This document shows, piece after piece, positions 12,727 through 25,340 of a stretch of 64,000 nucleotides of DNA (its first letter is position 1; each line of letters opens with the position of its first letter). The translations under genes were made by a program, and so were the position numbers. Source of the stretch: Octopus sinensis (Eukaryota); the NCBI RefSeq assembly GCF_006345805.1, contig NC_043011.1, positions 32,128,464 to 32,192,463 of the forward strand, read 5' to 3'. The notes under the pieces are model-generated. The model did no database searches and was not told the DNA's origin. It worked only from the letters and a program-made list of their open reading frames with translations.

Positions 12727-15700
12727 TTAATATGCATTGCTAAAATCAGAATGCATTTAATATGCCCATGTGTCTTTTCTTCTATAAAATATGGTATCTT
12801 AATTGATAAAATGCAAATGTTTATTGAAAGTTGATATTATCTATCATGTAATAACGATTTTTCAGTTTCAAATTTGAATTTAAATATAAATATTTTGATA
12901 TCGGATATTTCAAGCAGGATAGTGTTGAAAGAGTTAAACCACTCCAGTTGATATGTAAATATGTTTTATGAAAGACTCTACAGCCAAAGAGGGAGCTTCT
13001 ATTTGTTTATTCAGAGTATTTTAATTACTTGGTTCAAAAGATGTGTGTACCAGTGGCCTAAATAGGCTCTTTGAGAATGGTGAGATTGAACAGTTAATGT
13101 TCCTCATAAATAGCTGCAGTAAAAAAAAAAACGTGGGCAGGAATAAATTTCCAAGGGTTTGGCAATCTGAAAATGAGAGACTGGAGAAAGTAGTTAGTTA
13201 AGGGTCTGCAAGCTAGGGGTATGGACTCAATATGGGTGATGAAACTCAAAGGGACAATTGAATCAAGAGTCTGAATGGAGTTGGCACTAGGCTAGCACAA
13301 TTTTGAGAAACAAAGCCCACTATAGCAGTGTTAGAAAAAAAAGATCGAGACAACAGCCTTTTGTGGGCTGTAGGTTGGGAGTGTAGTCGAGCGTGATATC
13401 ATGCCAGTCATCTTTTAATATGATCTAAGACATAGAAAAATTGTGGCCCACAGGGCTCTCTGACTGGCACACCTAATGAAACGATTATGTTGAATTATTT
13501 TAGTAGTGCAGTCTGTCCGATGATGAGTCATGTCTCATGCAGTTTGCTTTTTAACCCTTTAGCCTTCAGATTACTCTGTCAAATGTAATGCTTATTCATT
13601 CACATTGTCCTGAATTAATCATGCATTACCTTGTAGCTTTGATATTTCAATGACGTGATTGTCTATTTTTGCAATGACATTGTAGGATAGGTGTGAGAGG
13701 CCAAATCTAGCTGGTTTGAACGTAAAAGCAAGTAGAATATTTTGGCCAGATATGGCTAGTTTAAATGCTGAAGGGTTAAATAAAAGTTGCTTATGCCTGG
13801 CTTAGGATATCTGTATGTGTAGAAGCAAGCACTGCTTCAGATGTGGAAACAGTAATTAATTGAGTATTAGGCTTAATAACTGTTAGGGGCTGACATTTTT
13901 GCTGGCCCTTAAGAGGAATGCCACTCTTTGTTATGCAATCTTACATCATCATCATTGTTTAATATCTGCTTCCAAGCTGGCATGGGTTGGATGTTTTGAC
14001 TGGGGACTGGCAAGCCAGAAGGCTGCATCAGTCTGATCTGGCAGTGTTTCTACAGCTGGATGCCCTTGCTAATGCCAATCACTCCAAGAGTGTAGTGGAT
14101 GCTTTTTACATGCCACCGGCACGGAAGCCAGTCAGGCAGCCTGGCATTGGCCACATTTGGATGGTGCTTTTTATGTGCTACTGGTACAGGAAGCAGTCAG
14201 GGCTGGGGTGGGGGTACTGGTATCAACCACATTCAGATGGTGCTTTTTACATGCCACCAGCACGGAGCCAGTCAGGCGGCACTGGCAATGACCCATGCAT
14301 GAATGGTGCTTACTGCATGCCACCAGCACGGGAGCCAGACAGGTGGCACTGGCATCGGCCACAACTACAATTTCCATTTGATTGTGATTTGATTTGATTT
14401 TGATTTATTTGACTCTATAGGTCTCCTCAAGCGCAGCATGTTGCCCGACAATTCAAAGGTACTTTTTAAATGGGCTGGTTATGCTCACTGGTGTTGTCTA
14501 CAGATGTGATCTTACTTTACTTGCCAGGTCTTTGTGCATACAAAAGACAAGCCAGAAGAATGTTTGGTCTTCTTGAATCGTGTCCAATCTAAGTTAACCC
14601 TTTTGAATATAAAATGCCATCAACTGAGAATGTTTGTGCTCTTGTTAGCTTTAGCTGTTTATGGTAATTCCACAGCTGTGATGGTGGCAAAACTGATTGA
14701 GTTAGGACCTGATTAGATTAGAGATCCTTTCTCCTTGTATGTTAAAGTATTGATTTCTTTTATCTTTCACCTTTAATTGTTCCAAGGGATATCCTGAAGG
14801 GATATTTAGTCAAACAAATCAACCCCAGTACTTATTTTTAAACATGGTGCTTGTTTTCTTGGGGTCTGTTGTGAAACTGCTGAGTTAAAGAGATATAAAT
14901 AAACCAACATCTGTTATCAAGCAATGATGAGGGACAAACACAAAGATACACTCACATACTTACACACACACATACACATATGTTGCAGGCTTCCACACAG
15001 TTTCTGCATACTGTATTCACTCACAAGGCATCAATCATGCTGGAGCTATGGTTGCAAAGCAAGCTTCTTAACCATCCACTAGGGACCTACTCTACTATGT
15101 CATAAATCGGTTCATTCTTGCTTTACAGAAGTCCAATAAAAGGAAGTTGTTGTTTTAGTAATCAGTTAAACCTTTAGTTGTGTCCAGCAAATCTTCTTTC
15201 AAAACCACTTGCTTGCAGGTTCCATTCATCTCTTATCTCTCAGAATGGTAGCTTCCTATCAGATTGTATCATCATGGTATTTGCTAATGGTGCTTTTTCT
15301 GCCCTACCCTGAATCACCTCTGGTGTTCCTCTGGGTTTGATTTTTATCTTTCACCCTCTTCATCATCATCATTTTTTAACATCCACCTTCCATGCTGGCT
15401 TTGGTTGGACGTTTTGACAGGAGATGGCCAGGCAGGAACCTGCACCAGAGTTCTGTGTTTGTTTTGGCATAGTTTTTACTGCTGGATGCCTTTTTTAATA
15501 CCAACTATCCAGAAGAGTGGACTGAGTACTTTTTATGTGGCACAAGCACAGGCGAGGTCAGTTTTGGCATGATTTTTACAACTGAATGCCCTTCCAAGCA
15601 CCAACCATTTGCAGTGTGGACTGGATGCTTTTTGCGTGGCACCAGCACTAGCAGGGTCACCAAGTAACTTGCAAGACAAAGATCCTTTGAGAGGCGAAGT

Positions 15701-16520
15701 GGCATTATATACACCAATACGTATGTACCAGGTTGTCCAGCAATGCCCCCTCTTATGTTGATGACAAAACCTTTTCATTCCTCCTTAACTTTTCCCAGTC
15801 ATGCATAATCCATATGCAACCCATACACCACATATCAAACCTCCATTGATTCCATGAACAGATTTCCTTGAGAGCATCCTTCAGTGGGTCCTTTCTAACA
15901 GTGTCATTTTTGACAACAAATAACAACTCAAGTACTGCTCCTGCCATGAAAACACCATTGCACATCTCCCTTCACTGACCATGAGTGACACTCAACCCTC
16001 ACTGGTACTCCAAATACTGGGCTTCAACTATCACCAGTGATCCCTTCTTAGTAAAAACACATCCTTGGAAGAGCCAGAACCACGTTTCAAATGCTCGTTC
16101 GTCTTCACAGGGCCAGAAAATCTTTCAGCTGCCAACAGACTTTAGGGGGCCCGCAGTGAAATGCTGCTCCCACATCTGAAATAGTCCTGCTGCTAAGCAG
16201 AAGCTTTCTAGGGTACATCAAGAGAAGAGCCACTTGACACCTTAGAATTGAATTACTAACAGTCTCTTAGTCTCTGACCCGCAGACATGCTGTCTCATCT
16301 CTCTCTGTCCTTTCTATCTCCTGTTCTTCAGAGCTAGCTGGTATTGTTTCTCTACCGTTTAGGTATCTCCTACCCACTCTCCTTTGCACCTCCTGTCACC
16401 CTTGTTACATCCTCCTCCTAAACTAACCTGACACTAACCACTATATTCACTTATTCCTTCTCAGAGTATCAGCCCTGTGCTTATGTCTATCTGCAAGTTT
16501 TGACCTAGAAGAGTTTAAAT

Positions 16521-16872
16521 TAGGGGTTCTCAACCATTTTTTTTTTTTATCTATAGACCCCTTTGATTACTATTTTATTCTGGTGGACCCCCATAGCCAT
16601 TCAATGTTTAAAAACTAGTTTTATAGAAACTTCTTTCAAAATTCCTATTTTGTTTTTCTCACATTAACTTGTTTAGGCTGAACTACAAAAAATGTTAGAG
16701 AAAGAAACCTTGTTGTTTCTTGCAATACATACCATTTTATACATCTAAAGCAAAATTTTTTCAAGGACTCTTAAACTAATATTGTAGATCCCCAATTTAC
16801 TATTCTGTTGTGGTTCCCCAAAATCTTATATGGACCTTTAGGGGCTGTATGAACTCCCGTTAAGAAGCCTTA
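16521..16872. mobile_element. hAT (Charlie-like) MITE
   Basis: Termini TAGGGGTTCTCAAC / GTTAAGAAGCCTTA; perfect 8-bp TSD GTTTAAAT (16513-20 and 16873-80). Confidence 0.85.
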
Positions 16873-17482
16873 GTTTAAATGAAGTATCACTGGCATCAGA
16901 CTCACCAGTCTCAGAGAACCTTTTAAGATCATGGGCCTGCCCCTTACTATGGACCTAGCAAGTAAAAGAAAATGTCAAAAGTATTCTTATATAGGTGCAG
17001 TTGTGGCTGTGTGCTTGAGAAGTTTGTTTCTTAACCATTTGGTCTTGGGTTCATTCCCACTGTGTGTTACCTTGGGCAAGTGTCTTCTTGCTATAGCCCC
17101 GGGTTGATTGAAGATTTGTGAGTGGATTTGGTAGATGGAAACTGAAAGAAGCCTGTCATAGACTATTTATCTACCAATGCAGTATTTGAACACTAATTTT
17201 CACTCTTTGATGCTAGCGTGTTTGTGGCACATAAAAAGCACCATTTGAGTGAGGCCGTTGCCAGTACTGCCTGACTGGCCCTCGTGCCGGTGGCACGTAA
17301 AAGCACCCACTACACTCTTGGAGTGGTTGGCATTAGGAAGGGCATCCAGCTGTAGAAACTCTGCCAGATCAGCTTTGAGTCTGGTGCAGCCATCTGGTTT
17401 GCCAGACCTCAGTCAAATCGTCCAACCCATGCTAGCATGGAAAGCGGATGTTAAACGATGATGGTTATATATATATATATAT

Positions 17483-18056
17483 ATAGAATGGTTGTATACT
17501 GTCAATCTAACAAGAATGTGTCCAGGGAAAAAATGTGTCAAAGCTATCAGGAGGCGTTCGATGCTTCCTAGGGCTATACAGCGGTGGTGTACCCCCTACT
17601 GTCACGTTCTTGTTAGATTGACAGTATACAACCATTCTATCGCCCCACCACCGTACATGTCTCTACGAGAGATTTAGAAATTCAATATTTCTTATTTTGA
17701 TAATCAGTGAATAGACTTCACTGAATATACATATATACAATTACGAAGTCGAGGCAAATATCACCAGCTGACCGGTGTCTGCTACTCTAGGCCGATGAAG
17801 GACAACGATCCTGAAACACGGTGTCCCTAGATGCAGTTCCGGCGGCCGGGGGTGTTTGTCTCCCCTTCGTATATGTATATAAGGACACAGGGAAAAAATG
17901 TGTCAAAGCTATCAGGAGGTGTTCGATGCTTCCTAGGGCTATACAGCGGTGGTGTACCCCCTACTGTCACGTTCTTGTTAGATTGACAGTATACAACCAT
18001 TCTATCACCCCACCACCGTACATGTCTCTACGAGAGATTTAGAAATTCAATATTTC

Positions 18057-18060
<4 letters not shown>
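17483..18060 (+). mobile_element. Penelope-like / retrozyme-type element: about 1.5 copies of a 365-bp unit with an inverted 5' segment
   Basis: 173-bp direct repeat (17523-17695 and 17888-18060); 38-bp inverted copy at 17483-17520; internal hammerhead; (TA)n on both flanks. Confidence 0.7.
17786..17831 (+). ncRNA. Minimal type I hammerhead ribozyme motif (U4C variant)
   Basis: TCTAGG-CCGATGA-AGGA(caacga)TCCT-GAA-ACACGGTGT-C-CCTAGA: 6-bp stem I, 4-bp stem II, near-palindromic stem III, GUC cleavage triplet. Confidence 0.75.
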
Positions 18061-18094
<34 letters not shown>

Positions 18095-18448
18095 ATCATT
18101 GTTATATTTGTTCCCACCATTGCTTGACAGCCTTTGTTAGTTTATGTCCTTGTAAGCTATCAGTTTGGCAAAAGAGACTAGTAGAATAAGTACCAGGCTT
18201 GAAAAAGGAAACAAAACACACCAAGTTCAATTTGTTTGACCTTCAAGGCAGTGCCCTAGCATAGCCCACTCCATGGGGTTAGTGTTAAAGATAAAAAAAT
18301 ATGCTTAAAAACAGTGAACAGTGACTGAATATATATATGCGACTGAATACAAATGTTGAGTCTAAAATTAATTATAATTGTATTGACAGTAACCTCAGTG
18401 TTTTGCTGGCTATATGACTTATTCAAAATGTCAGCTTGAATAAACCAC

Positions 18449-18672
18449 ACATGAAAGAGTGCTGAAAAGTTCCTGGCTTTATGTGAAAGAAAATACAGGA
18501 GGATCAGTTAAATATGATTTTATTGAATATATTCCCCTTCTCAGATTCACACACTTATTCCAGTGGCCTTTCAGTTTTTCTAAGCCCTGCAAAAGAAATT
18601 GGATGGTTGGGCCTCCAACCAGGCCTTTTCGTGATACTTTTAGAGCCAGGAACTTTTCAGTACCCCCTCATA
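18449..18672. mobile_element. Mariner-derived MITE (about 220 bp); second copy at 59695-59914
   Basis: Termini (TA)CGAGGGGGTGCTGAAAAGTTCCTGGC-like and its reverse complement; the internal sequence is shared between the two copies. Confidence 0.8.
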
Positions 18673-18734
18673 GCCTGTGATATTTCAAAGTAAATGTCAA
18701 TCAAATTATAATATATGTTTCTCTTGCACTGTCA

Positions 18735-19445
18735 CTTTGACAGAGTGTGAGCATCTTGAGAGAAAAGTTAGGCATAAGAGACATCAGATGTGATGTGTAA
18801 GAGAGACGACTGTACTGGTATGGTCATGTGATGCGTATGGACGAGGACAGCTGTGTAAAGAAGTGCTGAACTCTAGCTGTGGAGAGAACCTATGGTAGAG
18901 GTAGACCCAAGAAGACATGGGGTGAAATGGTGAAGCATGTTCTTTGAACTTTGAGCCTCACAGAGGCAATGACTAGTGATTGAGACCTTTGGCGATATGC
19001 TGTGCTTGAGAAGACCTGTCAGATAAAGTGAAATCATAGTCATGGCTAATATTGGTATCATGTAACTGGCATCCATGCTAGTGGCACATAAAGAACACCG
19101 TTCAAGCGTTGGGCCTCATGGAGGCAAAGTGGCTGAGTTCCTTTCGAGTGCTGGGCCTCATGGAGGCAATGACCGAGACTTTTGGCATTATGTCTTGTTT
19201 GAGAAGACCCATCAAGCCAAGCAAAACTGCAGTCGTGACAGATACTGGTGTTACGCAAATGGCACTTGTGCTGGTGGCACATAAAAACATCCATTACACT
19301 CTCGGAGTGGTGGGTGTTAGGAAGGGCATCCAGCCATAGAAAACTGGAGTATGGAGCCCGGTGCAGCCTTCCAGTTTACCAGCCCTGGTCAAACCGTCCA
19401 ACCCATGCCAGCATGGACAACGGACGTTAAATGATGATGATGAGG
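18735..19445 (+). mobile_element. RTE LINE 3' end (same family as 425-1890)
   Basis: LREKLGIR...LYWYGHVMRMDEDSCVKKC...GRGRPKKTW, then a duplicated 3' unit and a GATGATGA tail. Confidence 0.88.
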
Positions 19446-20304
19446 AGGAGGAACCTCTGTTTCATGTTGTTTGAAACTATACTTTCAGTTTTTATAATTT
19501 AGTACACAACCATACTCATTGATGATTGTGTACATGCAGTTACATGTGTATATTTATGTGAAAGTGTCATCATTATTTAACATTCATGTTTAATGCTGGC
19601 ATGGGCTGGATAGTTTGACAGGATCCAATAGGTCCAAGGGCTGCATCATGCTCCAGTGACTGCTTTAGCATAGTTTCTATGGTTGAATGCCCTTCTTAAA
19701 GGGGGCAGAACCCCTATGAAAATTCATAAATTTCCAATGTTGATGAAATTTCAACCACAGGTAATTGACATTCATCAAGAAGTATCCCCAAAGTTTCCGC
19801 TTCTCATGAGGGTTCTAAGACCTCCTAACGGGAGCCTTAACTCACAAATTTTAGTCATTTTTTATGACTAAAAGTACTGAATAGATCTTTATGAAATCTG
19901 GAAATTATATTCTATGCATAAGGGCAGTTTATGTTTGAAAGTAAGTGGAGTTCATTAATGAGGCAATAACCCCCTTGAAAATTCATATATTTTTGCTGTT
20001 GATGAAATTTTAACTATAGATATTAGACACAAATGAAGTAATATTCCTAAAATTTCAACTTCTTAATGGGGCCTAACACCCACAATTTAGTCATTTTTCC
20101 TTAGCCAAGACAAATACAATTGTAGTCTTGGAAGCTGTGAGTCACCCGAGCATACAAGATGAGTATTGTTTGTAATTCAATGGTACAACAGTGTAAGAGT
20201 TTGCTTTGAGATATATTTAGATTGTGATTTCTGCAATGTGGTGCATAAATTATCAAGTAAAGGAGAGGCATTTTTATCTCCCCTGATTCAGTTGCAAAGT
20301 GTTA

Positions 20305-20698
20305 TCTCTCTATATATAAAGCTGAAGTTGTCTGTGTATGGCAGGTTTGGTAGCCTTCAACTAACACTATCTCCTCCGAGACCCTGTGGCGCAAGTTGAC
20401 CGAAATTGAGAGTATGTTAGAAGAAGGCTTGCTCTTCCTTCCGAAGAAGAAAAAATTCAAATCGGACCATGTTAATACCAAAATTATTTACATCGAAAAG
20501 GTGCTTTTTTTTCTATGAAAATCCCTATTTTTTTTACGATGTTTTGACTGCAGTGTTGCCATTTTACGGTGTATTTCAACCAGAAAAATGTTCACTTAAA
20601 GAGAATAACAAGCTACATAATGCAAAATTTTTACTTTTCAAAAATTCCAATTCTAAAGGGTCAAAACAAACCCGAGCAACGCCAGGCGATACTGCTAG
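20305..20698 (+). mobile_element. Non-autonomous Helitron
   Basis: A|TCTCTCTATATATAAAGCTGAAGTTG ... CCCGAGCAACGCCAGGCGATACTGCTAG|T; same termini as 7141-7528, no TSD. Related decayed pieces at about 19690-20100 and 21130-21930. Confidence 0.85.
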
Positions 20699-22324
20699 TT
20701 TTGAGTAAAGTTATTTGGTTGCAGACCTCCTTCGAGTCTTTTTATTATCACTGGGTCAGAGATAACCCCCAGATGGTAACATTGATTTAAAGGCCTTTCC
20801 AGATAAGTGATTGGTCATTCAAAGAGATTTATAGATTGCAAATTTATTCTGTTCAGTTGCTTATCGGCATAGTGATCATTGGCTAACTCCAGAGATGACA
20901 CTTTCATTTCTCCTTAGCCCTCACATCACACAGTTGTTAATGTCTATTTGGGTTGAGTCACACCCTTCCAATAGCTATAGATCCGTAATGCATCTTACGG
21001 CTGTGCTGGTCACCTTTATGATGAGGAATCTTACATTGGGGAGTGGTAACGACTAGAGTAGGGTAGCTGACTGCTTATTGTGATCATTCATCTTTTGGTT
21101 TCCTGTAGCTTTGCTCTCTTTTACAAACCCAGTGAACATTCATATATTTCTGATTTCAAAGAAATTTCAACAATAGATATAATTAACAATTCAACTTCTC
21201 TGGTTGACTTTAAGACACCCCTGCCCAATAGGAGCCTTAACTCCCACATTTTAGAGCTCCGTGTGCTCCATTTTTCAAGAGCAAAATCCTTTGAATAGGT
21301 TTTATAAAATTCGGATTTTGGAATCTGGGTACAGAGATGAGTAGTATGGGATAAATATGTCATGATTAGAATTTTTTTAGGGTGTATAAAGAGGGAAAGA
21401 ACCCTAATTAAAATTCTTAATCTCCAATGTTGATGAAATTCGAATCGTAGGTATTCCAGTTCATTAGAGAAAATATAAAAGAAAAGTCTAATTCCATGTG
21501 ACACGGGCAATGCCGGGTATCTCTGTTACTTAGCCATAAAATAATATTCAGTCAGCTGTGATGTTTCTAAAATACAACACATAAAAACCTAACTGTATAT
21601 CTTTTTTCTACCCCTCTGAAGAGATTTTGCCTAATATAATGATTTTAATAATTGCTATTTAATCTGTTTAGGTTTAATTGAAACAGCTGTAAGAGACTAT
21701 GTTTGATTTTTGCAGATAATAAATTTTTATTAAATGGTGTATCTCCATTTTCTTATTTTCTTCATGTATATATATATTATATAAAATTCGTTCTGTCTGT
21801 CTGTGTGTGTGTCTTCCAGGATCTCAGGCATCCTCCATCCAATTGCGCTCAAATTTGATATGTAGATACTGACGGTATCAGGATGTGTATAAATCTTGAA
21901 AAAATTACAAAAATCGATTCCAGGTGAGAATGCGATCGATAAAGTCATGGCAACGTGCATTTGTATGCACAAGTACATCAGCTGTTGCGATCAATACTAC
22001 ACGTGCACGAGAAAAATGCACGTGCAGTTTAGCACAAAAAAAGCTGACTGGCTTGAAATAATGCCACAAAATGTGCAGTATATTTAAGAAACCAAAAAAG
22101 TAAGATGCAAAAGATATTTTCTTCAAACTTGGCTTAAAGGAAGGAAAGACTATTTGGTTTCTCAACAAGTTCTTTTTCTTTTGCCTTAACTTCGTTTAAC
22201 AAAACCAAAAATTTTATTGAAATAAAGGCATGCTTAATTATTTTTTAATGAAAAGAAAACACTGATTGCTTTTTATTCAGCAGATATGATTCAGCATCGT
22301 CCATTGGATGGGGGGCATTTTGCT

Positions 22325-22366
<42 letters not shown>

Positions 22367-22744
22367 GTACTTTTGGTAGATCATTGTGTAGTATAACTTT
22401 AAGGAATGTTGTTGTGTAAGGCCAGGAGCAATGACCTTTTCCAACTTCCGCTTTTTAAAATGTCCTGGAGGAGGGGCCTTTACCCCGAAATATAGAAATA
22501 CAAGGTAAAACTGCAACTTTACAGAAAGGTAACTACAAAAAAAAAAAAAAAAAACAGAACAGTTTTCTTTTCCTTTTGTAGTTTAATTTGTACCTTCTTA
22601 CACTCTTCTAGCCTTATACAGCAACCCTCTTTAAAATTTGTGTGTGTGTGTGTCTGTGTGTACATATGTATATGATGTGCTTACGAAACATTTTAGACTG
22701 TACCGGGCAGAAGGCCATCCAACCAATTTGGAAAGAGTCATTCA

Positions 22745-23140
22745 GCAACCAACAATCAACACCTCTGGCCCACAGATGCATTAGCTCCTCTTTCTGCCTG
22801 TTCCGTCACTACTACAAAGGCCATTGTTCTTCTACAGTAGCTCATTGCAAACCATTTCCACTGGAGCTCACCTAGTACACTACTTCACCCTCCCCACTGC
22901 ACCTCACCCCAGTCTCTTCCCTTAGCACTAAGCACTACATCAATTCTTTCCATTCTTAAAACGTCATGCTTCTGGAATTTCCTCCTTACAAGCATATTTG
23001 CAATCAGACATCGACTTCACAGATGTTTTAAGCTGAATATAAATTGCATCGATCTGACTAGTCTCGGAGAGCCTGTGAAGGTCACAAGCACTATTCCTTG
23101 CCTCCTGACTAAGTTGTAAAAAACTATATGTATTTATGTG
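22745..23140 (+). mobile_element. Decayed CR1/Jockey-like LINE 3' end
   Basis: Residual FCLFRHYYKGHCSS and S.FWN.LP-like motifs; identified by resemblance only. Confidence 0.45.
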
Positions 23141-24069
23141 TAAGCCATTATATAATTAAATCAAATGATATGGAAGCTTGCATCTAAGTGGATGTTAGTG
23201 ATCCTTGCTGGATTTAAAGCATTTTTAGAAATGGTGTATGGAGTTAATTATACACTTACCTATATTAAAGACACAGACATCAAACAAACTAGATACAAGT
23301 GAATATTGTGCATGCACTTTTATGCTTCATGCCCGTAAACCACAACATACACATTGTCATATATATGTGTGTGAGTGTGCATGTATACATGCATGAACTG
23401 ATACATGTATATATATGTATACATGTGTATTTGTGTATATATGTATGTGTGTGTTTGTGTATATATGTGTGTGTGTGTATGCATGTATATATGTATGTGT
23501 GTATGTATGTATGCATATACGTATCAATTAACCTAAAATATTCATTTTTTTTTTTTGCTTTCTGTTTCAATTGAATAGATTCATTTGCAAACAAGAATAT
23601 AGAAAGTTATGTTCTTTTACAACCCCATGTCTCTGATTCTCTCTCTCCCTCTACTTCTCTCTCTCTCTCTCTCCTTCCCCCCTCTCTCTCTCTCACATTT
23701 GTGAAAGCAATAGAGATAGTCGCTTCTGCAAGTGAGGCGGGATAAACAGACTTAAACCATCACATTCAGAAACAAAGGACCTACTTGGCAGAGTTAACTG
23801 AGTTGAAGGCAAAGGAGGGAAAAAGAAAGAAAAAAGAAAAATTAAATGACACATTCATATTATATCATGTATTGATTGTTCCCAGATTGTTTTCAACTCT
23901 CTTTCTTTATTGATTTCTATAACTGTTCTACATTTTAGCGTTAGGATAAGTCTTGTATCTGTCTGTTTGTGTAAATATAATAAGCACTGTGTGTGTGTGT
24001 AGACCGGTGATTATGCATGTGCGAGAGTCAGAGTCTGTATGTGCATACTTTTGAGAATGCACTGCGTAT

Positions 24070-24100
<31 letters not shown>

Positions 24101-24103
<3 letters not shown>

Positions 24104-24758
24104 TAATACCTCACGTTATGAGGACCTGCTTTATGAGACCCTGGGTTTACAAGTTTTATTTTTCAGCTCACTTTTGTATGGTGAGCTGAAATTTTTCAAG
24201 CACAAGATCCAAATTTTGAACAAGGTGCAAAAGTTTCTTATTTCTTTATTGCCCCCTCTATTGCCCTTAGAGGGAACAAACAAGGACAGACATAGGGATT
24301 AAGTTGATTACATTGACACCAGTGTGTAACTGGTACTTAATTTATCAACCCCGAAAGGATGAACGGTAAAGTTGACCCCGGCAGAATTTGAACTCAGAAT
24401 GTAACAGCAGACGAAATACCACTAAGCATTTCGCCCAGCATGCCAATGTTTCTGCCAGCTCGCTGCCTTAAGGTGCAAAAGTTTCTACTACCGTAACAAA
24501 TGCTTCTGCATGTTACTAAGAAATTTATAGAGAGCGAAAAAAGGCTTCTTCTAAGTAAACAATTCTAGACTTGTTTTTTAAAAAGAAATCTACAAGTTGC
24601 AGGAGTGGCTGTGTGGTAAGTAGCTTGCTAACCAACCACATGGTTCCGGGTTCAGTCCCACTGCGTGGCATCTTGGGCAAGTGTCTTCTGCTATAGCCCC
24701 GGGCCGACCAATGCCTTGTGAGTGGATTTGGTAGACGGAAACTGAAAGAAGCCTGTTG

Positions 24759-24789
<31 letters not shown>

Positions 24790-25340
24790 TTGTGTTTGTC
24801 CCCTAGCATTGCTTGACAACCAATGCTGGTGTGTTTACGTCCCTGTCACTTAGTGGTTCAGCAAAAGAGACCGATAGAATAAGTACTGGGCTTACAAAAG
24901 AGTAAGTCCCGGGGTCGAGTTGCTCGATTAAAGGCGGTGCTCCAGCATGGCCGCAGTCAAATGACTGAAACAAGTAAAAGAGTAAAGAGTAAAAGAGAGA
25001 GAGTAAGTCCATTTATGAGTGCTTGTGAATTGGCAATCACATCTAAAAGTGATGAAGTGCGCAAGTCTAGTGTGAGTGAAAGTGATTCAGGAATAATTAT
25101 AATAATATTTTTTTATCATAAATGATCTTGACATTCTTTTTACTTCACATAAAATACATTCTACTGTTGTTTTATTGCCATTTATTTACAAATATTATAA
25201 ATATAGGTAAAATTATTTTCCTGGGAATGAATTATGATTTATAACATTGCTACTATGGGAAATTATTGCTCTACTTTAGGAGTTTTCGCTTTACAAATGG
25301 TCGCTGGGAACAAATTAACTTGTGTATCAAGGTATTACTG
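24101..25340. mobile_element. Tigger-like non-autonomous DNA element with two nested SINEs
   Basis: TIRs (C/G)AGTAATACCT / AGGTATTACTG flanked by TA. The nested SINE at 24239-24469 has a 17-bp TSD, AAGGTGCAAAAGTTTCT (24222-38 and 24470-86). Confidence 0.7.
24601..24995 (+). mobile_element. Abundant tRNA-head SINE family A with an internal microsatellite (other copies or parts: 4845-5040, 16985-17160, 27575-27730, 29770-30245, 38283-38937, 39025-39430, 41350-41885, 43690-43830, 52945-53050, 61740-61990)
   Basis: A box TGGCTGTGTGGTAA and B box GGTTCAGTCCC; central (TA)n/(TG)n tract; (AGTAAAAG)n tail; many near-identical copies in the window. Confidence 0.9.

Noticed and set aside
15720-16450. 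Coding or LINE fragment (ORFs 15753-15965, 15985-16179)
   Set aside because: It is GC-richer than the flanks, but I could not find a recognisable motif in any frame; left unassigned.
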